The position numbers and the translations under genes are program-made. The notes beneath the pieces were generated by a model. The model saw only the letters and a program-made list of their open reading frames with translations, had not been told where the DNA came from and did no database searches. A DNA stretch of 64,000 bases, from positions 16,033 through 80,032 of IMG/VR virus record IMGVR_UViG_3300042884_001293. The stretch is one strand, 5' to 3'. Below, piece after piece: positions 18,752 through 28,303 of the stretch (position 1 is the first letter of the stretch; the number at the start of each line of letters is the position of its first letter). The DNA comes from a virus.

Positions 18752-20793
18752 TGACCATTAACCTAAGCTCTAGGCCTTTTTTACTCACGATCGCAGGGGT
18801 AGATCGCACGTCAGAGCTAGCATCTATCACACTCTCGCAACCATCAACATTAGAGCGTAGAGACGCACCAACTACAGGATCGATAACCTTAACTTTTAAC
18901 CCTCTCAGATACAACGAATTTATAACTATTGGCGATCCTGTGACGGCTGCTAATTGGGCTGTAGAAGCGGCTGTTGTCTTCCAAACTGCTAATGAGTCAG
19001 GAACGCTCGTTAATTACTTCACGGGATTCATTCTAAAGGAGCCATCACCTCCAAATATAGGCTTTAACGAGGGAATATTACAGATTGATGTTGGCGATAT
19101 CCTTGCATACCAATCACAGCGCACAGCCGATAGCGATGTAAGTGGAGTAACGATTGGTACTAATACCGATCGCGATGAAATTGTGGTTAGAGTTCTTGAA
19201 AATGCGAGAATTACATCTCACTCAATCCCATCTCTTGGATATCCATTTAATACACCAATCCAAAAAACGGGCGGATCGCCTATTAAGTTTGCAGGGGATT
19301 TAGTAGGAGCCGATCGCCATGTGCTTTATTGCAATGCATCAGGTACGGTAATAGCCTCACCAATTGACTTAGCTGCAAGCCCGATCGCTACTCTTACGAT
19401 TGGCTCTGATGAGGAAAAGTTCCCCCCTGTTGATGGTTCATCTATTCCCACTGTTACCGAATTAACGATCGCGGGTGTGGTACAAGAGCCTGACAGTGGT
19501 AATTATCCGATCTTAGTTGTTACTCAGCAACAATCAGAATATGGCGTAACTGGAAGCTCGGCTAGAGTGGTATTAACGATTGGGCAAAACACTTTAAATA
19601 TTACGAGTGAAAATTATTCGGTTGAAGTCGAAGAGATTGGCTATGCTTATGTCGCGATAATTGACGGGTTGGCTCAAATGGTTGTATCTCCTTTAATTGC
19701 AAATAATATTAAAGAAGTAATTACAACTTTTGATTCTCAGAATAGGCTTAACTCAACTACTACCAGAAAATATTCAAGGCAAATAAATAATATTGTTGGA
19801 GGTGCGGCTCCAATAGGTACAGCAGCAAGCCCATTTTTTGAGATTGAGCGCACAATTATCGATTATGTTTATCACCCTGATGGTTATCCCTCAAACATAA
19901 TCACAACGGTATATACAGGCGTTATCCCTACGTCAGGCACTCTCGCAACTTTATACAGTTTGAGCCGTGAAACCATCCAGTATTCTCCTAATCTGCCTTA
20001 TTGGAGTCAGATAAAATTTGTCGAGACTTTTGGCACTAATTTTGACGGTGTATCAGGATCAATCGCTAGATCGATAACTTGTAACGGGGTAACTTATTCA
20101 GCCTTTACCACGGGCAATGATAGACTCCCTTCTAATTTTGTTGGAGCAACTCGCACTCCAAAAACTGCTAACGATGGCTCGACCAGACCACCATCAATTA
20201 CTTATAGTGAGGCTGCAAAAACCAAAAACAAAGAAGTAACAGCAACGGTAAACGCGATACCTTTGGGCGGCGTGCCTAGCAAAGAAAAACGTCAACCGCT
20301 TTTGGTGGATTGGCTAACCAGTAATGCTCATGCTCTTGAGTATGGACAGCTAGAGATAGTGCTAATTAACGGGCGCAAACAATGCCGATTCATGGTCACG
20401 GCTTTGACTGATGCTCTTTTAAATTTGCGCCCTCGATGCAGGATCGATATTATTTTTAATGGGATTTTGTATCGATGCTTGGCGGATGCGATCGCATTTA
20501 GTCAGGATCTGACAAAACGATCTATCGGGTTTATGTGCGATGTTATTTCGACTAGCCCTGCTGCTACACCGTCAACGGTTTACAAACCTATGATGGTGAC
20601 TAACTCTATTCAATGCATTGCACAAGCATCACCAGCAACAGTCGCTATATCCGCAAATATTAACTTTGATGTAATATTTGCCCAGTGCGAACCAGCAACG
20701 GCGGCGATTGATATTGGTGTAAATGTCAGTGCAACTATTACCGCACAATGCGAACCAGCAACTGCAATCATTTCTAGTACTTTCACTCCTTAA
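18751..20793 (+). CDS. large tail / baseplate-associated protein
   Basis: 680 aa, ATGA-coupled to the upstream gene. C-terminal short repeats AQCEPATA x2 and ASPATVA. Confidence 0.5.
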   Translation: MTINLSSRPFLLTIAGVDRTSELASITLSQPSTLERRDAPTTGSITLTFNPLRYNEFITIGDPVTAANWAVEAAVVFQTANESGTLVNYFTGFILKEPSPPNIGFNEGILQIDVGDILAYQSQRTADSDVSGVTIGTNTDRDEIVVRVLENARITSHSIPSLGYPFNTPIQKTGGSPIKFAGDLVGADRHVLYCNASGTVIASPIDLAASPIATLTIGSDEEKFPPVDGSSIPTVTELTIAGVVQEPDSGNYPILVVTQQQSEYGVTGSSARVVLTIGQNTLNITSENYSVEVEEIGYAYVAIIDGLAQMVVSPLIANNIKEVITTFDSQNRLNSTTTRKYSRQINNIVGGAAPIGTAASPFFEIERTIIDYVYHPDGYPSNIITTVYTGVIPTSGTLATLYSLSRETIQYSPNLPYWSQIKFVETFGTNFDGVSGSIARSITCNGVTYSAFTTGNDRLPSNFVGATRTPKTANDGSTRPPSITYSEAAKTKNKEVTATVNAIPLGGVPSKEKRQPLLVDWLTSNAHALEYGQLEIVLINGRKQCRFMVTALTDALLNLRPRCRIDIIFNGILYRCLADAIAFSQDLTKRSIGFMCDVISTSPAATPSTVYKPMMVTNSIQCIAQASPATVAISANINFDVIFAQCEPATAAIDIGVNVSATITAQCEPATAIISSTFTP

Positions 20794-20797
20794 AATT

Positions 20798-21181
20798 ATG
20801 GCAATTACTCACAGCACAACGATTAGAAACGGGCTTTGTAACTACACCGTAGATGCTTTAGACCAAGGATCGGGCGCAGGTAAATTAAAGATTTATTCTG
20901 ATACTGGCTTAACTACTTTACTTGCTACTTTTACCCTAGCCGATCCTGCCTTTGGAGCGGCTTCATCAGGGCAAGCTACAGCCAATGCAATCACACCAAT
21001 TACAGCATCAGCAAGCGGTACAGCGTTAGCTTTTTCTGCTACCGATTCCGATAATGTTGTCATTTTCCAAGGCAATGTAGGAGTATCAGGATCGGGCGCT
21101 TCATGCATTTTAAATACCACTACTTTAGTTAGTGGCGGATCTCTGTCTGTAAATACCTTTACCTATGCCGCTCCTGTGTAA
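20798..21181 (+). CDS. small tail-associated protein
   Basis: ATG 20798 just after the upstream stop. 127-aa Ala/Gly/Thr-rich protein typical of conserved small phage tail-module proteins. Confidence 0.5.
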   Translation: MAITHSTTIRNGLCNYTVDALDQGSGAGKLKIYSDTGLTTLLATFTLADPAFGAASSGQATANAITPITASASGTALAFSATDSDNVVIFQGNVGVSGSGASCILNTTTLVSGGSLSVNTFTYAAPV

Positions 21182-21987
21182 TGGACAATCTCACCCCTGC
21201 CCAAAAAGTACGATTACAGCTCGAAAAAAGTATGACGTATGACTCTCAATCTAGAGCCATACGTGATCGCTTATTCAAAAATGCGCCTCAACTTGCCACA
21301 ATTGGAGCCGATGGCAAAATTAAAATGCTTAGCGGTGACGATGCACCAGCCGAATTTATGCCAAATTTGTACTATGGGCAGGGAGAGATTGTAGACTATA
21401 CGCCAGTGCAAGGCGGATTAGGTAAAGCGGATAAAAAGAGCTTTATCGGTGCTACTGAACCCGATATCCTAGATATAATTCCCGCATTTCTCCTTGATGG
21501 ACTTTTTCAAGAAGTTCTCATTACCTACACGGGAGGCTCTACTCAAACATTTATTACATTTGAGCAATCTGCCTATAATTTGGAGGGTGATTATATCCCA
21601 GTGACCGAACGCGAAGAGGTAATATCCTCAGATGATATCGATTACGCATATACAGGGGAAGTTATTTTTAGAAATGCAATTCCCTATATCAAACATGCAA
21701 TTACTTTTGAAAATACCTCCATAGGGATAACGCTACAAAGAGGGGTGGCAATAGGCTTGCCTACCGCAAGCCCTTTATTTACTGCCTCGACTTTTGCGAT
21801 CGCAACAACCATTACTGGCTATATAAAAATAGAAGGGTTTCCCGAAGAATCTACCCCGCCTGTTAACTGGACTTTTGACGAAACTTTGACCGAAAGCCCT
21901 CAAATATTTACAGATTCCTATGCTGTCGGGGCTATCCCGTTTGAAGTTTGGGTCAACATCGAAATAAACAGTATTACTTTTAGCTAA
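21181..21987 (+). CDS. hypothetical tail-module protein
   Basis: 268-aa ORF with TAATG coupling. Confidence 0.5.
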   Translation: MDNLTPAQKVRLQLEKSMTYDSQSRAIRDRLFKNAPQLATIGADGKIKMLSGDDAPAEFMPNLYYGQGEIVDYTPVQGGLGKADKKSFIGATEPDILDIIPAFLLDGLFQEVLITYTGGSTQTFITFEQSAYNLEGDYIPVTEREEVISSDDIDYAYTGEVIFRNAIPYIKHAITFENTSIGITLQRGVAIGLPTASPLFTASTFAIATTITGYIKIEGFPEESTPPVNWTFDETLTESPQIFTDSYAVGAIPFEVWVNIEINSITFS

Positions 21988-21990
21988 ACT

Positions 21991-22242
21991 ATGAGCATAG
22001 AAAACTTACTATCAACAGCATTCATGGATTCAGTGCTAGCTATCAACCGAAAGCTCACAATTGATGACGCGCAACGAAATGTAAGTGCAACTTATTTGGG
22101 AGCTAATAAAGTACAGCTTGCTAATGGCGATATCCGTACAGCCTACAACCAAGGTACAAAAGAAGTATTGATCGGGGAATCAGTGATTTGTACTTTTCCG
22201 ATCCATTCAGCGATCGGCACTTATACTAGCAAGATTTCTTAA
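21991..22242 (+). CDS. hypothetical tail-module protein
   Basis: 83-aa ORF, last gene before a strong terminator. Confidence 0.45.
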   Translation: MSIENLLSTAFMDSVLAINRKLTIDDAQRNVSATYLGANKVQLANGDIRTAYNQGTKEVLIGESVICTFPIHSAIGTYTSKIS

Positions 22243-22244
22243 AC

Positions 22245-22276
22245 AAAAAAGCGCTCTAAATTTAGAGCGCTTTTTT
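22245..22276. terminator. bidirectional rho-independent terminator
   Basis: aaaaaagcgctctaaa/tttagagcgctttttt perfect hairpin. Confidence 0.8.
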
Positions 22277-22280
22277 GTTG

Positions 22281-22436
22281 CTATTTTTTCTCCACTCCCT
22301 TACCTAACGCACCCATTCCGATAATGCTTAAGCCAAAAGCCCATGACGCATATTCAGGATAGATATTTTTCGAGATCGCTAGCTCGGATGCTCCAGCGAC
22401 AACACCCAAAACAGTTAGCCATTGTGTAGAGTTCAT
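22281..22436 (-). CDS. small two-span membrane protein (51 aa, hand-called)
   Basis: MNSTQWLTVLGVVAGASELAISKNIYPEYASWAFGLSIIGMGALGKGVEKK; below the ORF-track cutoff. Confidence 0.35.
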   Translation of the reverse strand: MNSTQWLTVLGVVAGASELAISKNIYPEYASWAFGLSIIGMGALGKGVEKK

Positions 22437-22494
22437 TTGATTTTCCTTGAAAAAGTGCCATAATCATTCTAATACTTTCCCTATTGTTTCAATA

Positions 22495-23238
22495 ATGAAA
22501 TCTTATATCGCTGTAGCCCCCGCTACACAATCGCAGTCTACGCAAAATAGCGGATCTAGTAATGAAATACCTATAAATTTAGGGACAGGGGCTGTAGGGA
22601 CTGGACTAGTTGTTTTGTCTGTAATTTTGACTAAGCTATCTGGCTTTGTGGATTGGAAAGAGATTGGGAAACAATGGTCAGGATCGCAGACTAGTAGGAT
22701 ACTGCAATCCGAAAACCGCAAAGGGCAAGAGCTAGAAGCAGAGATTGATATTAATCAAGGTCTGTCCGATACCGTATCCCAACTTGCTACAAGGGGAATG
22801 GATACCACTACAGCCATCACAAAAGACTTATTGCATTTAGTGTCTGATGCAATCCAAACCTCATCGGCTAATGCTCAAAGCTTGCAGTCATTGGCTAAGG
22901 CTAACGAGTCGGTAAATAAAGCGCATGAGGATTTGATTAATGCCACTAGGCACAACACCGAGGCAATTCAAGCATTGGAACAAGCGATCGCTAGCATTCC
23001 CACAGAGACAGCTTCTATATTAGAAATTTATGCATCAGAATTGAGAATTGCCTTAAATAGTATTGATCGCAGGATTGAGGAAAGCAATCAGATTAAGCAT
23101 GGGGGGTACGAGCGAATCGAAAAAATTATTCAGCTAGCAGAAACCCGCATCATCGAACAGTACACGGGTACAATTGCTCAGTTGCGGGTTGAGATAAAGG
23201 ATTTAGAGAAAGTGATTAAGGGTCAACAGCTTGGCTAG
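22495..23238 (+). CDS. membrane-anchored coiled-coil protein
   Basis: ATG 22495; one hydrophobic span (GAVGTGLVVLSVILTKL), then a long heptad-rich region. Confidence 0.5.
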   Translation: MKSYIAVAPATQSQSTQNSGSSNEIPINLGTGAVGTGLVVLSVILTKLSGFVDWKEIGKQWSGSQTSRILQSENRKGQELEAEIDINQGLSDTVSQLATRGMDTTTAITKDLLHLVSDAIQTSSANAQSLQSLAKANESVNKAHEDLINATRHNTEAIQALEQAIASIPTETASILEIYASELRIALNSIDRRIEESNQIKHGGYERIEKIIQLAETRIIEQYTGTIAQLRVEIKDLEKVIKGQQLG

Positions 23239-23767
23239 GATCGAGCTTACAGATTGCATCGTAAATCACTCGCTTAATTAGGTGTATAGCGCCGCTAAGT
23301 CTATCAAGCATTGGTATTGATTCTAGGGCTTGCACCATACGCATGATTGATGTTAGCTCTGATAGGCGATCGCTGTCGGAACGGTCAAGATTATCTTCTA
23401 GGATGTCGATTTTATTGCAACGCTCTTCAATTACCGCTAAAAGCCGTTCATTCTCTTGAGCAAAAGCTTTGTTATTCTGATCGATAACTTCACGTAGTTG
23501 GTCAATCCTTTCAGCACTGCTATGGGCTATAGGCTGAACGCTTTTTGAAGCTTCTTGCAGCCTTTCGATTTCTTGATTTAGCCCTTGAATTATTTTGGCA
23601 CTACCTCTAAGGGCCGCATCTCTTCCGTCGATCTGGTCTTTGAGATTGGAGATAGTGCGATCTTGTTCTTTGAGCTGTGATTCCACAAACGCCGTATGCC
23701 ATCGGCAAACAAAAGCGAAGACGATTAGAGCGATTGGAATTAGAAGTAAATTAGTTGAGTTTTCCAT
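23216..23767 (-). CDS. membrane-anchored coiled-coil protein
   Basis: ATG 23767 (MENSTNLLLIPIALIVFAFV), then coiled coil; last gene of the FtsK-like operon. Confidence 0.5.
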   Translation of the reverse strand: MENSTNLLLIPIALIVFAFVCRWHTAFVESQLKEQDRTISNLKDQIDGRDAALRGSAKIIQGLNQEIERLQEASKSVQPIAHSSAERIDQLREVIDQNNKAFAQENERLLAVIEERCNKIDILEDNLDRSDSDRLSELTSIMRMVQALESIPMLDRLSGAIHLIKRVIYDAICKLDPSQAVDP

Positions 23768-23942
23768 TGTTTCCAAAAGTCCGTTTATCTTGTCTGTACG
23801 TGCCATCGGGTAACAAATAATACTTGTAGTTAACGTCATCAAATTTTGGCGAAATAACGACTTTGTGAGGGTTGCAAACTTGCATCAAAAGCTCAGTAAG
23901 TTCTTCTTTTAGTCTTGATGGGATGTTTTGATTTAATGTCAT
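23751..23942 (-). CDS. hypothetical small protein
   Basis: 63-aa ORF overlapping both neighbours. Confidence 0.4.
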   Translation of the reverse strand: MTLNQNIPSRLKEELTELLMQVCNPHKVVISPKFDDVNYKYYLLPDGTYRQDKRTFGNNGKLN

Positions 23943-25264
23943 ATTTTCCTTGCTTCTAATCCGTTTCTTCCAGCGTTACGAGTTTCCACATAGCCCTGCA
24001 CCTCCAAATATTGCAGATAGCCTTGGACTTCAGCGATCGGTGTTTTGGCTACCTTAAACTCAGTGATTGATTGACTGATTAAATTATCACGCACCCAATC
24101 GCGCCCATCCAAATAATTAATAATTGCTTTTAATGTTGGCGCGGTAATTTGCGATTTAGGGGTATCCACAATCTCGCTAGATTTTACCGATACTGTAGGC
24201 TGCGATAAATCATCGCAATCATTGTTAATAATTGCTAGCAGCCCATTAGGAATAGGCAATTGATTAATCTGCATTAAGTTTTTAGGTGGATTACCTTTCT
24301 TCCTGAAAGTAGAATAATGCCCATGCGTAGGATGAATTGCTATAGATGGCGCGATACTGCCATCAAGCAAGCAAGGATAAGCCACATCAGTAAAAGATTT
24401 GCCTAATTGAGCATGACTTCTTGCTGATTGACCTAGCAAAATCAATGCATAGTTAGATCGGTATTTGGCATCAATACCGATCGCGTTTACATTTGAGCTT
24501 TGATTTAATCCGCAAAAGGTAAGTCCAAATTTGCGTCCCTCACTGCCTAATCTTTTTAAAGCTGATTCAACTACCTTTTTATCTTTGAATCGTTCTAGCG
24601 CCGCGTTTAGCTCATCACAAATTACAAATAAAGGATCTCCTAATGGTTCACCTTTGCCTTTGCGATCGCATCTTGCGTCTAGCTCAGAAAGTAGCCAAAT
24701 TAAAGCAGCTTCAATCTTTTCGATTTTGCCAATACTAGTAATCCCTGCTAGTTTCCAACAATCATTCCAGTGTGGGTCAAGGGCAATTACAGCCATTGGC
24801 TCATCTTTGGACAAATGCCCAGCCAGCCAAGTAGCAAGAGAGCTTTTAGCACTGCCAGAATTGCCACAAATCAGGAATCCAACAGCCTCATCAGCAATAT
24901 TATTCCAATCATAATAATTAGGCTTTTCAACAATCTCTAATTGGGCAATCGTTACCTCACGCTTAGGCGGCGCATAGGATACCGCTAAATGATTAGATAA
25001 GCCCTCGTTAGCTCTATCAATAACGCTTTCATGATTGTCATAAGTCAAGTTTTGGTTAAATCTCGACAATTTAAAACATGTCGCTGTAGCTGCTAATTGA
25101 GAAACAACAATAACTCCTTTAGCAAAATCATTTGATTGGAATGGAACGGACAAAAATAGCATAAAAGCAATAAACGAACTAGAAAGACTGCCATAGTGAG
25201 AATAGCGCTGAGCAAGAATGACTAGCGCTACTTGCGATACATGGAAATCTTTCGTTAAGTTCAT
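23939..25264 (-). CDS. membrane-anchored FtsK/SpoIIIE-TraB-like P-loop DNA translocase
   Basis: N-terminal hydrophobic spans, Walker A LICGNSGSAKSS, Walker B LFVICDELN, C-terminal winged-helix-like tail. Confidence 0.65.
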   Translation of the reverse strand: MNLTKDFHVSQVALVILAQRYSHYGSLSSSFIAFMLFLSVPFQSNDFAKGVIVVSQLAATATCFKLSRFNQNLTYDNHESVIDRANEGLSNHLAVSYAPPKREVTIAQLEIVEKPNYYDWNNIADEAVGFLICGNSGSAKSSLATWLAGHLSKDEPMAVIALDPHWNDCWKLAGITSIGKIEKIEAALIWLLSELDARCDRKGKGEPLGDPLFVICDELNAALERFKDKKVVESALKRLGSEGRKFGLTFCGLNQSSNVNAIGIDAKYRSNYALILLGQSARSHAQLGKSFTDVAYPCLLDGSIAPSIAIHPTHGHYSTFRKKGNPPKNLMQINQLPIPNGLLAIINNDCDDLSQPTVSVKSSEIVDTPKSQITAPTLKAIINYLDGRDWVRDNLISQSITEFKVAKTPIAEVQGYLQYLEVQGYVETRNAGRNGLEARKI

Positions 25265-25566
25265 TGCCCTGCTCTCAGTGCCTTTTCCAGTTTGCGGTTA
25301 GCAGCTTTTAAATTTTCATCAGTAACAGATCTAAGATTGACATCGCTTTTAAATCCTGATTTCTCAAGCAATTCACGATGCTTTTTCTTTAATTCTTTGC
25401 GAGATTCCGAGACTTCTACTACTGCAACTTTAGGCTGTAGATAGGTAGAGTAAACCCAACTACCAGCAAGCCAAACACCAGACAAAACACAAGAACTCAT
25501 GGCAACTAAAAAGGAAGTGCTGATCGCTCGTACATGGTTAAGGTTGTGCTGTCTGGTTGTAGGCAT
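25261..25566 (-). CDS. small membrane protein
   Basis: 101 aa; span FLVAMSSCVLSGVWLAGSWVY, then a basic helix. Confidence 0.5.
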   Translation of the reverse strand: MPTTRQHNLNHVRAISTSFLVAMSSCVLSGVWLAGSWVYSTYLQPKVAVVEVSESRKELKKKHRELLEKSGFKSDVNLRSVTDENLKAANRKLEKALRAGQ

Positions 25567-25729
25567 CGCGGATCTCTCGCAATAATTGATTCTTTTTGAA
25601 AGCTGCTTTTGATTCTGTTATTTGCTCTGGTAGCGAGTTCAGGATGTAAGCAGCAAAGCCGATATATCCTGAACTCGCTACGGTCAAAACGATTGAAATA
25701 ATCTGTTTAATCATCCCAATCATTAACAT
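25538..25729 (-). CDS. small membrane protein
   Basis: 63 aa; hydrophobic N-terminal half. Confidence 0.45.
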   Translation of the reverse strand: MLMIGMIKQIISIVLTVASSGYIGFAAYILNSLPEQITESKAAFKKNQLLREIRDAYNQTAQP

Positions 25730-25813
25730 CGCGATCTTGCCTTGCTTCCCAGTCTGTATCCCAATCAGGGGGAATACCTAAAATCCAACTAAAGAAATTT
25801 ACAAAGAAGTTAG

Positions 25814-25999
25814 TCATTTTGCCCTCTGTATTTGTGATGCTGTATAGCCTGATGGGAACCCAATCGCAAATCCAACTGATACGCCAGTAATCAAAGTAGA
25901 GATTATTGATAGAACAAGCAGAGCAATTATTTTGTCTTTGCTTTGTAATCTCTCGATTAGCTCAACGGACGAGAGAGTAGCTAAATCGCGTGAGGTCAT
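25814..25999 (-). CDS. small membrane protein
   Basis: 61 aa; span IIALLVLSIISTLITGVSVGFAIGF. Confidence 0.45.
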   Translation of the reverse strand: MTSRDLATLSSVELIERLQSKDKIIALLVLSIISTLITGVSVGFAIGFPSGYTASQIQRAK

Positions 26000-26469
26000 C
26001 GCTTTAGCACTCCCAATTCCTTAAGCCTTGCCTCAACTTCATCTAACTCAGTTAGCAGCTCATCGCTAATCTCTGAGCTTTGCTCCAAAGTAACAAGCTC
26101 GTCAAAACGGGCGGTAAGTGTTTCGATTTCTTGATCGGGTTTAGACTCAGCAAGGGAAGACGGAATGGACAATAGCATAGGCGTATGATTCAGAGCGATC
26201 GGACTGTAATTTTTTGACAAATTGGTAAAAAAATCGGGAGCGATCTTTGGCTCCTCTAATGCACTGTCAAACTCATCTCGCCATGCTTCAAATTTAATTC
26301 TTTGCACAACTGAACGGGCTTTGTTGCGCTGATGAGTGTAAATCATCTCAAGACTACCTTCTAACCCCTCAATAACGGGAATAGAGGTATTATTTGCATC
26401 TTGAGATGGCTTATCTTGAGATGCTTGTTCTGCTTTTACTTGTTCTTTAGTCTTGTATTGGGTTGTCAT
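25996..26469 (-). CDS. hypothetical acidic protein
   Basis: 157-aa ORF with ATGA-type overlaps at both ends. Confidence 0.5.
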   Translation of the reverse strand: MTTQYKTKEQVKAEQASQDKPSQDANNTSIPVIEGLEGSLEMIYTHQRNKARSVVQRIKFEAWRDEFDSALEEPKIAPDFFTNLSKNYSPIALNHTPMLLSIPSSLAESKPDQEIETLTARFDELVTLEQSSEISDELLTELDEVEARLKELGVLKR

Positions 26470-26732
26470 AACGATCTTAAGATCCTTGATATTTTACGAG
26501 TGTTTTTGTTTTTAGAAGCTCCAAACGCTTTAGCAGACCTCTTTTCAGCATACTCAAGAATGATTTTCAATTCATCTTGTGAATAAGGCGGATCGCCAAC
26601 TCCTGAATAAACAGCATCGCGCCAATCCTCAAAAGTTGATCTTGCAAATCCGTATGCTTCAATAATCTGCTTAACGCTAAGCTCTATATGGCTTTCAGTG
26701 TGCGTCATAGCGTGAGCGATCGTGTGCGTCAT
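26466..26732 (-). CDS. small HTH-like protein, first gene of the operon
   Basis: LSVKQIIEAYGFARSTFEDWRD resembles AlpA/MerR-type HTH. Confidence 0.4.
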   Translation of the reverse strand: MTHTIAHAMTHTESHIELSVKQIIEAYGFARSTFEDWRDAVYSGVGDPPYSQDELKIILEYAEKRSAKAFGASKNKNTRKISRILRSL

Positions 26733-26811
26733 GGCTTATGAAATAGGATACTACAGCTCGTAGTATTAGCTTGTCAAGTGCTAAAGTAAAATAAATTTAT
26801 ATTGGCAAAAT

Positions 26812-27039
26812 ATGGAAGGTATACCGCGCAGCATTCGTTTCTATCCAGATATTTACGCATCACTCATAAAAGAGTTAGAGCGTAGAAGATCAAACGGTGA
26901 CAAAGAAATTGATTTTACTAAATTGGTTAATGAGCTTTGCTTAATCATGCCTGCCGATGCATGGGGAGATTTAAGCGATCGCCTTTCCAATTTAGAACAG
27001 GAAGTTAAAGAAATTAAATTAAAACTTGAAAATGATTAA
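26812..27039 (+). CDS. hypothetical protein
   Basis: 75-aa ORF divergent from the 26732 operon. Confidence 0.45.
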   Translation: MEGIPRSIRFYPDIYASLIKELERRRSNGDKEIDFTKLVNELCLIMPADAWGDLSDRLSNLEQEVKEIKLKLEND

Positions 27040-27581
27040 TTTCTTTTTTTTTTGATTTGATAATTCGCTAATTCCGTTTGATGCTCTAGATTTGAGCAAT
27101 GCAGAGCCTTATGTAGAGTCTTTATTAGCACTCTACAAATTTATGAGTCTTTCACTCAATCACCTAAGTCAGTAATTTAAACCCATTTTTATTACTCTTG
27201 TATTGAGTATCACAGGTGACGCTAATCTGGCGGATGGCTTGCCTTTTTATTTGCGGGATGCCTCCCTAATTAAGTCAGACGCATTGGGGCTTATATCCAA
27301 CGGTGACACCATCGACCTATTGCTTGCGTGTCTACGTCATTGTCCTTTGCTAAAGGCTCTGACACGCGTAAGGGGGAATAATTGTTATGCACTGAGTCAT
27401 CACAACGCTTTCACCTTACAGAGATACAGCTAACCACTTTCTCTGCGTAGACCACAAAACCCAAAATTCTTATGCTAAATACTTGCAAAACTATAACGCT
27501 AGCTGCTAATATTGATTTACATAAAAAAGACGGGACGTTAGATTTTGTTTGTGGTAATTCAATACTAACTCCTCAAGTTTA

Positions 27582-27627
27582 AAAAGTAAAGCACCTCTAC
27601 CGATTTTGGTAGAGGTGCTTTACTTTT
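27582..27627. terminator. strong hairpin terminator
   Basis: 20-bp stem aaagtaaagcacctctacc/ggtagaggtgctttacttt with a 6-nt loop and A/T runs on both sides. Confidence 0.75.
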
Positions 27628-27655
27628 ATGTTTTAAAGGTTGCGATTAGACAATA

Positions 27656-27694
27656 AAAAAGGCGGATCGCTGTAGGGAGTGCGATCCGCCTTTG
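27656..27694. terminator. hairpin, candidate terminator
   Basis: aaaggcggatcgc-10 nt-gcgatccgccttt with an A6 run on the left. Confidence 0.5.
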
Positions 27695-27766
27695 ATCAAG
27701 AAAGTAACAAGTTAAACAAAGGTAACAATGCTTTTAAATTATAACTGTTAAAACACAAAATAAAAC

Positions 27767-27967
27767 ATGTCGCCACAACTTACCGAATACCAAGTACAAG
27801 AGTCTTACCCCGTCCTGCTAGCAAATACTCATGACGTGCGATCGCTGAAAGGTTGCCACAACTGCCGATTTAATAATTGGCGGCTCTGTACCAAAGTACC
27901 GCCACGGGATAGCGCTAGTTTCTATACTCCTAATGATTGCCACGATTGGCAACGAGAAATGAAATGA
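27767..27967 (+). CDS. small Cys-rich protein
   Basis: 66 aa; CHNC...C...CHDW pattern. Confidence 0.45.
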   Translation: MSPQLTEYQVQESYPVLLANTHDVRSLKGCHNCRFNNWRLCTKVPPRDSASFYTPNDCHDWQREMK

Positions 27968-28140
27968 GGTCAAAACGATGGCGACGGCGTAATAGAAAAA
28001 CCCGTCCTGAATGGGTCAAAGCTGAATTTGAGTATCACGAGTTCCCAGCCTTTCACCCCTATACTAAACATCCAATTACGGGCATTGTCTTGCATATGGA
28101 TTTAAGAAAATTGGCATGGGATTTAAGGAAAAGTGTTTAA
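27964..28140 (+). CDS. small basic protein (RPEWV family)
   Basis: ATGA overlap; MRSKRWRRRNRKTRPEWVKA is paralogous to the 3410-3640 product. Confidence 0.45.
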   Translation: MRSKRWRRRNRKTRPEWVKAEFEYHEFPAFHPYTKHPITGIVLHMDLRKLAWDLRKSV

Positions 28141-28261
28141 AAGCTAATCTGATTTAAACCATCGCAATTACTCAAAGCTTTGCGCTGTATAGAAAAAAGT
28201 GCTTTAACGCTAATCGGCTAAAAGCGAATATTTGCGGGTGTAGTCAAATGACGGTCAAATA

Positions 28262-28303
28262 AAAAATGAACTACTCAAATAATTCGAGCAGTTCATTTTT
28301 TTA
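28262..28303. terminator. bidirectional terminator
   Basis: aaaaaatgaactactc-loop-gagcagttcattttttt between convergent genes. Confidence 0.7.

Noticed and set aside
22281-23238. Lysis cassette (holin plus spanin-like genes) after the tail operon.
   Set aside because: Only small membrane and coiled-coil proteins are visible. I recognise no endolysin motif (lysozyme, amidase or peptidase) here or elsewhere, so the call is unsupported.
27203-27433. 76-aa ORF with a TTG start in the non-coding tract.
   Set aside because: It has no ATG and no convincing RBS, and the region shows nested RNA-like pairings. I kept it only as an alternative explanation in the ncRNA finding.
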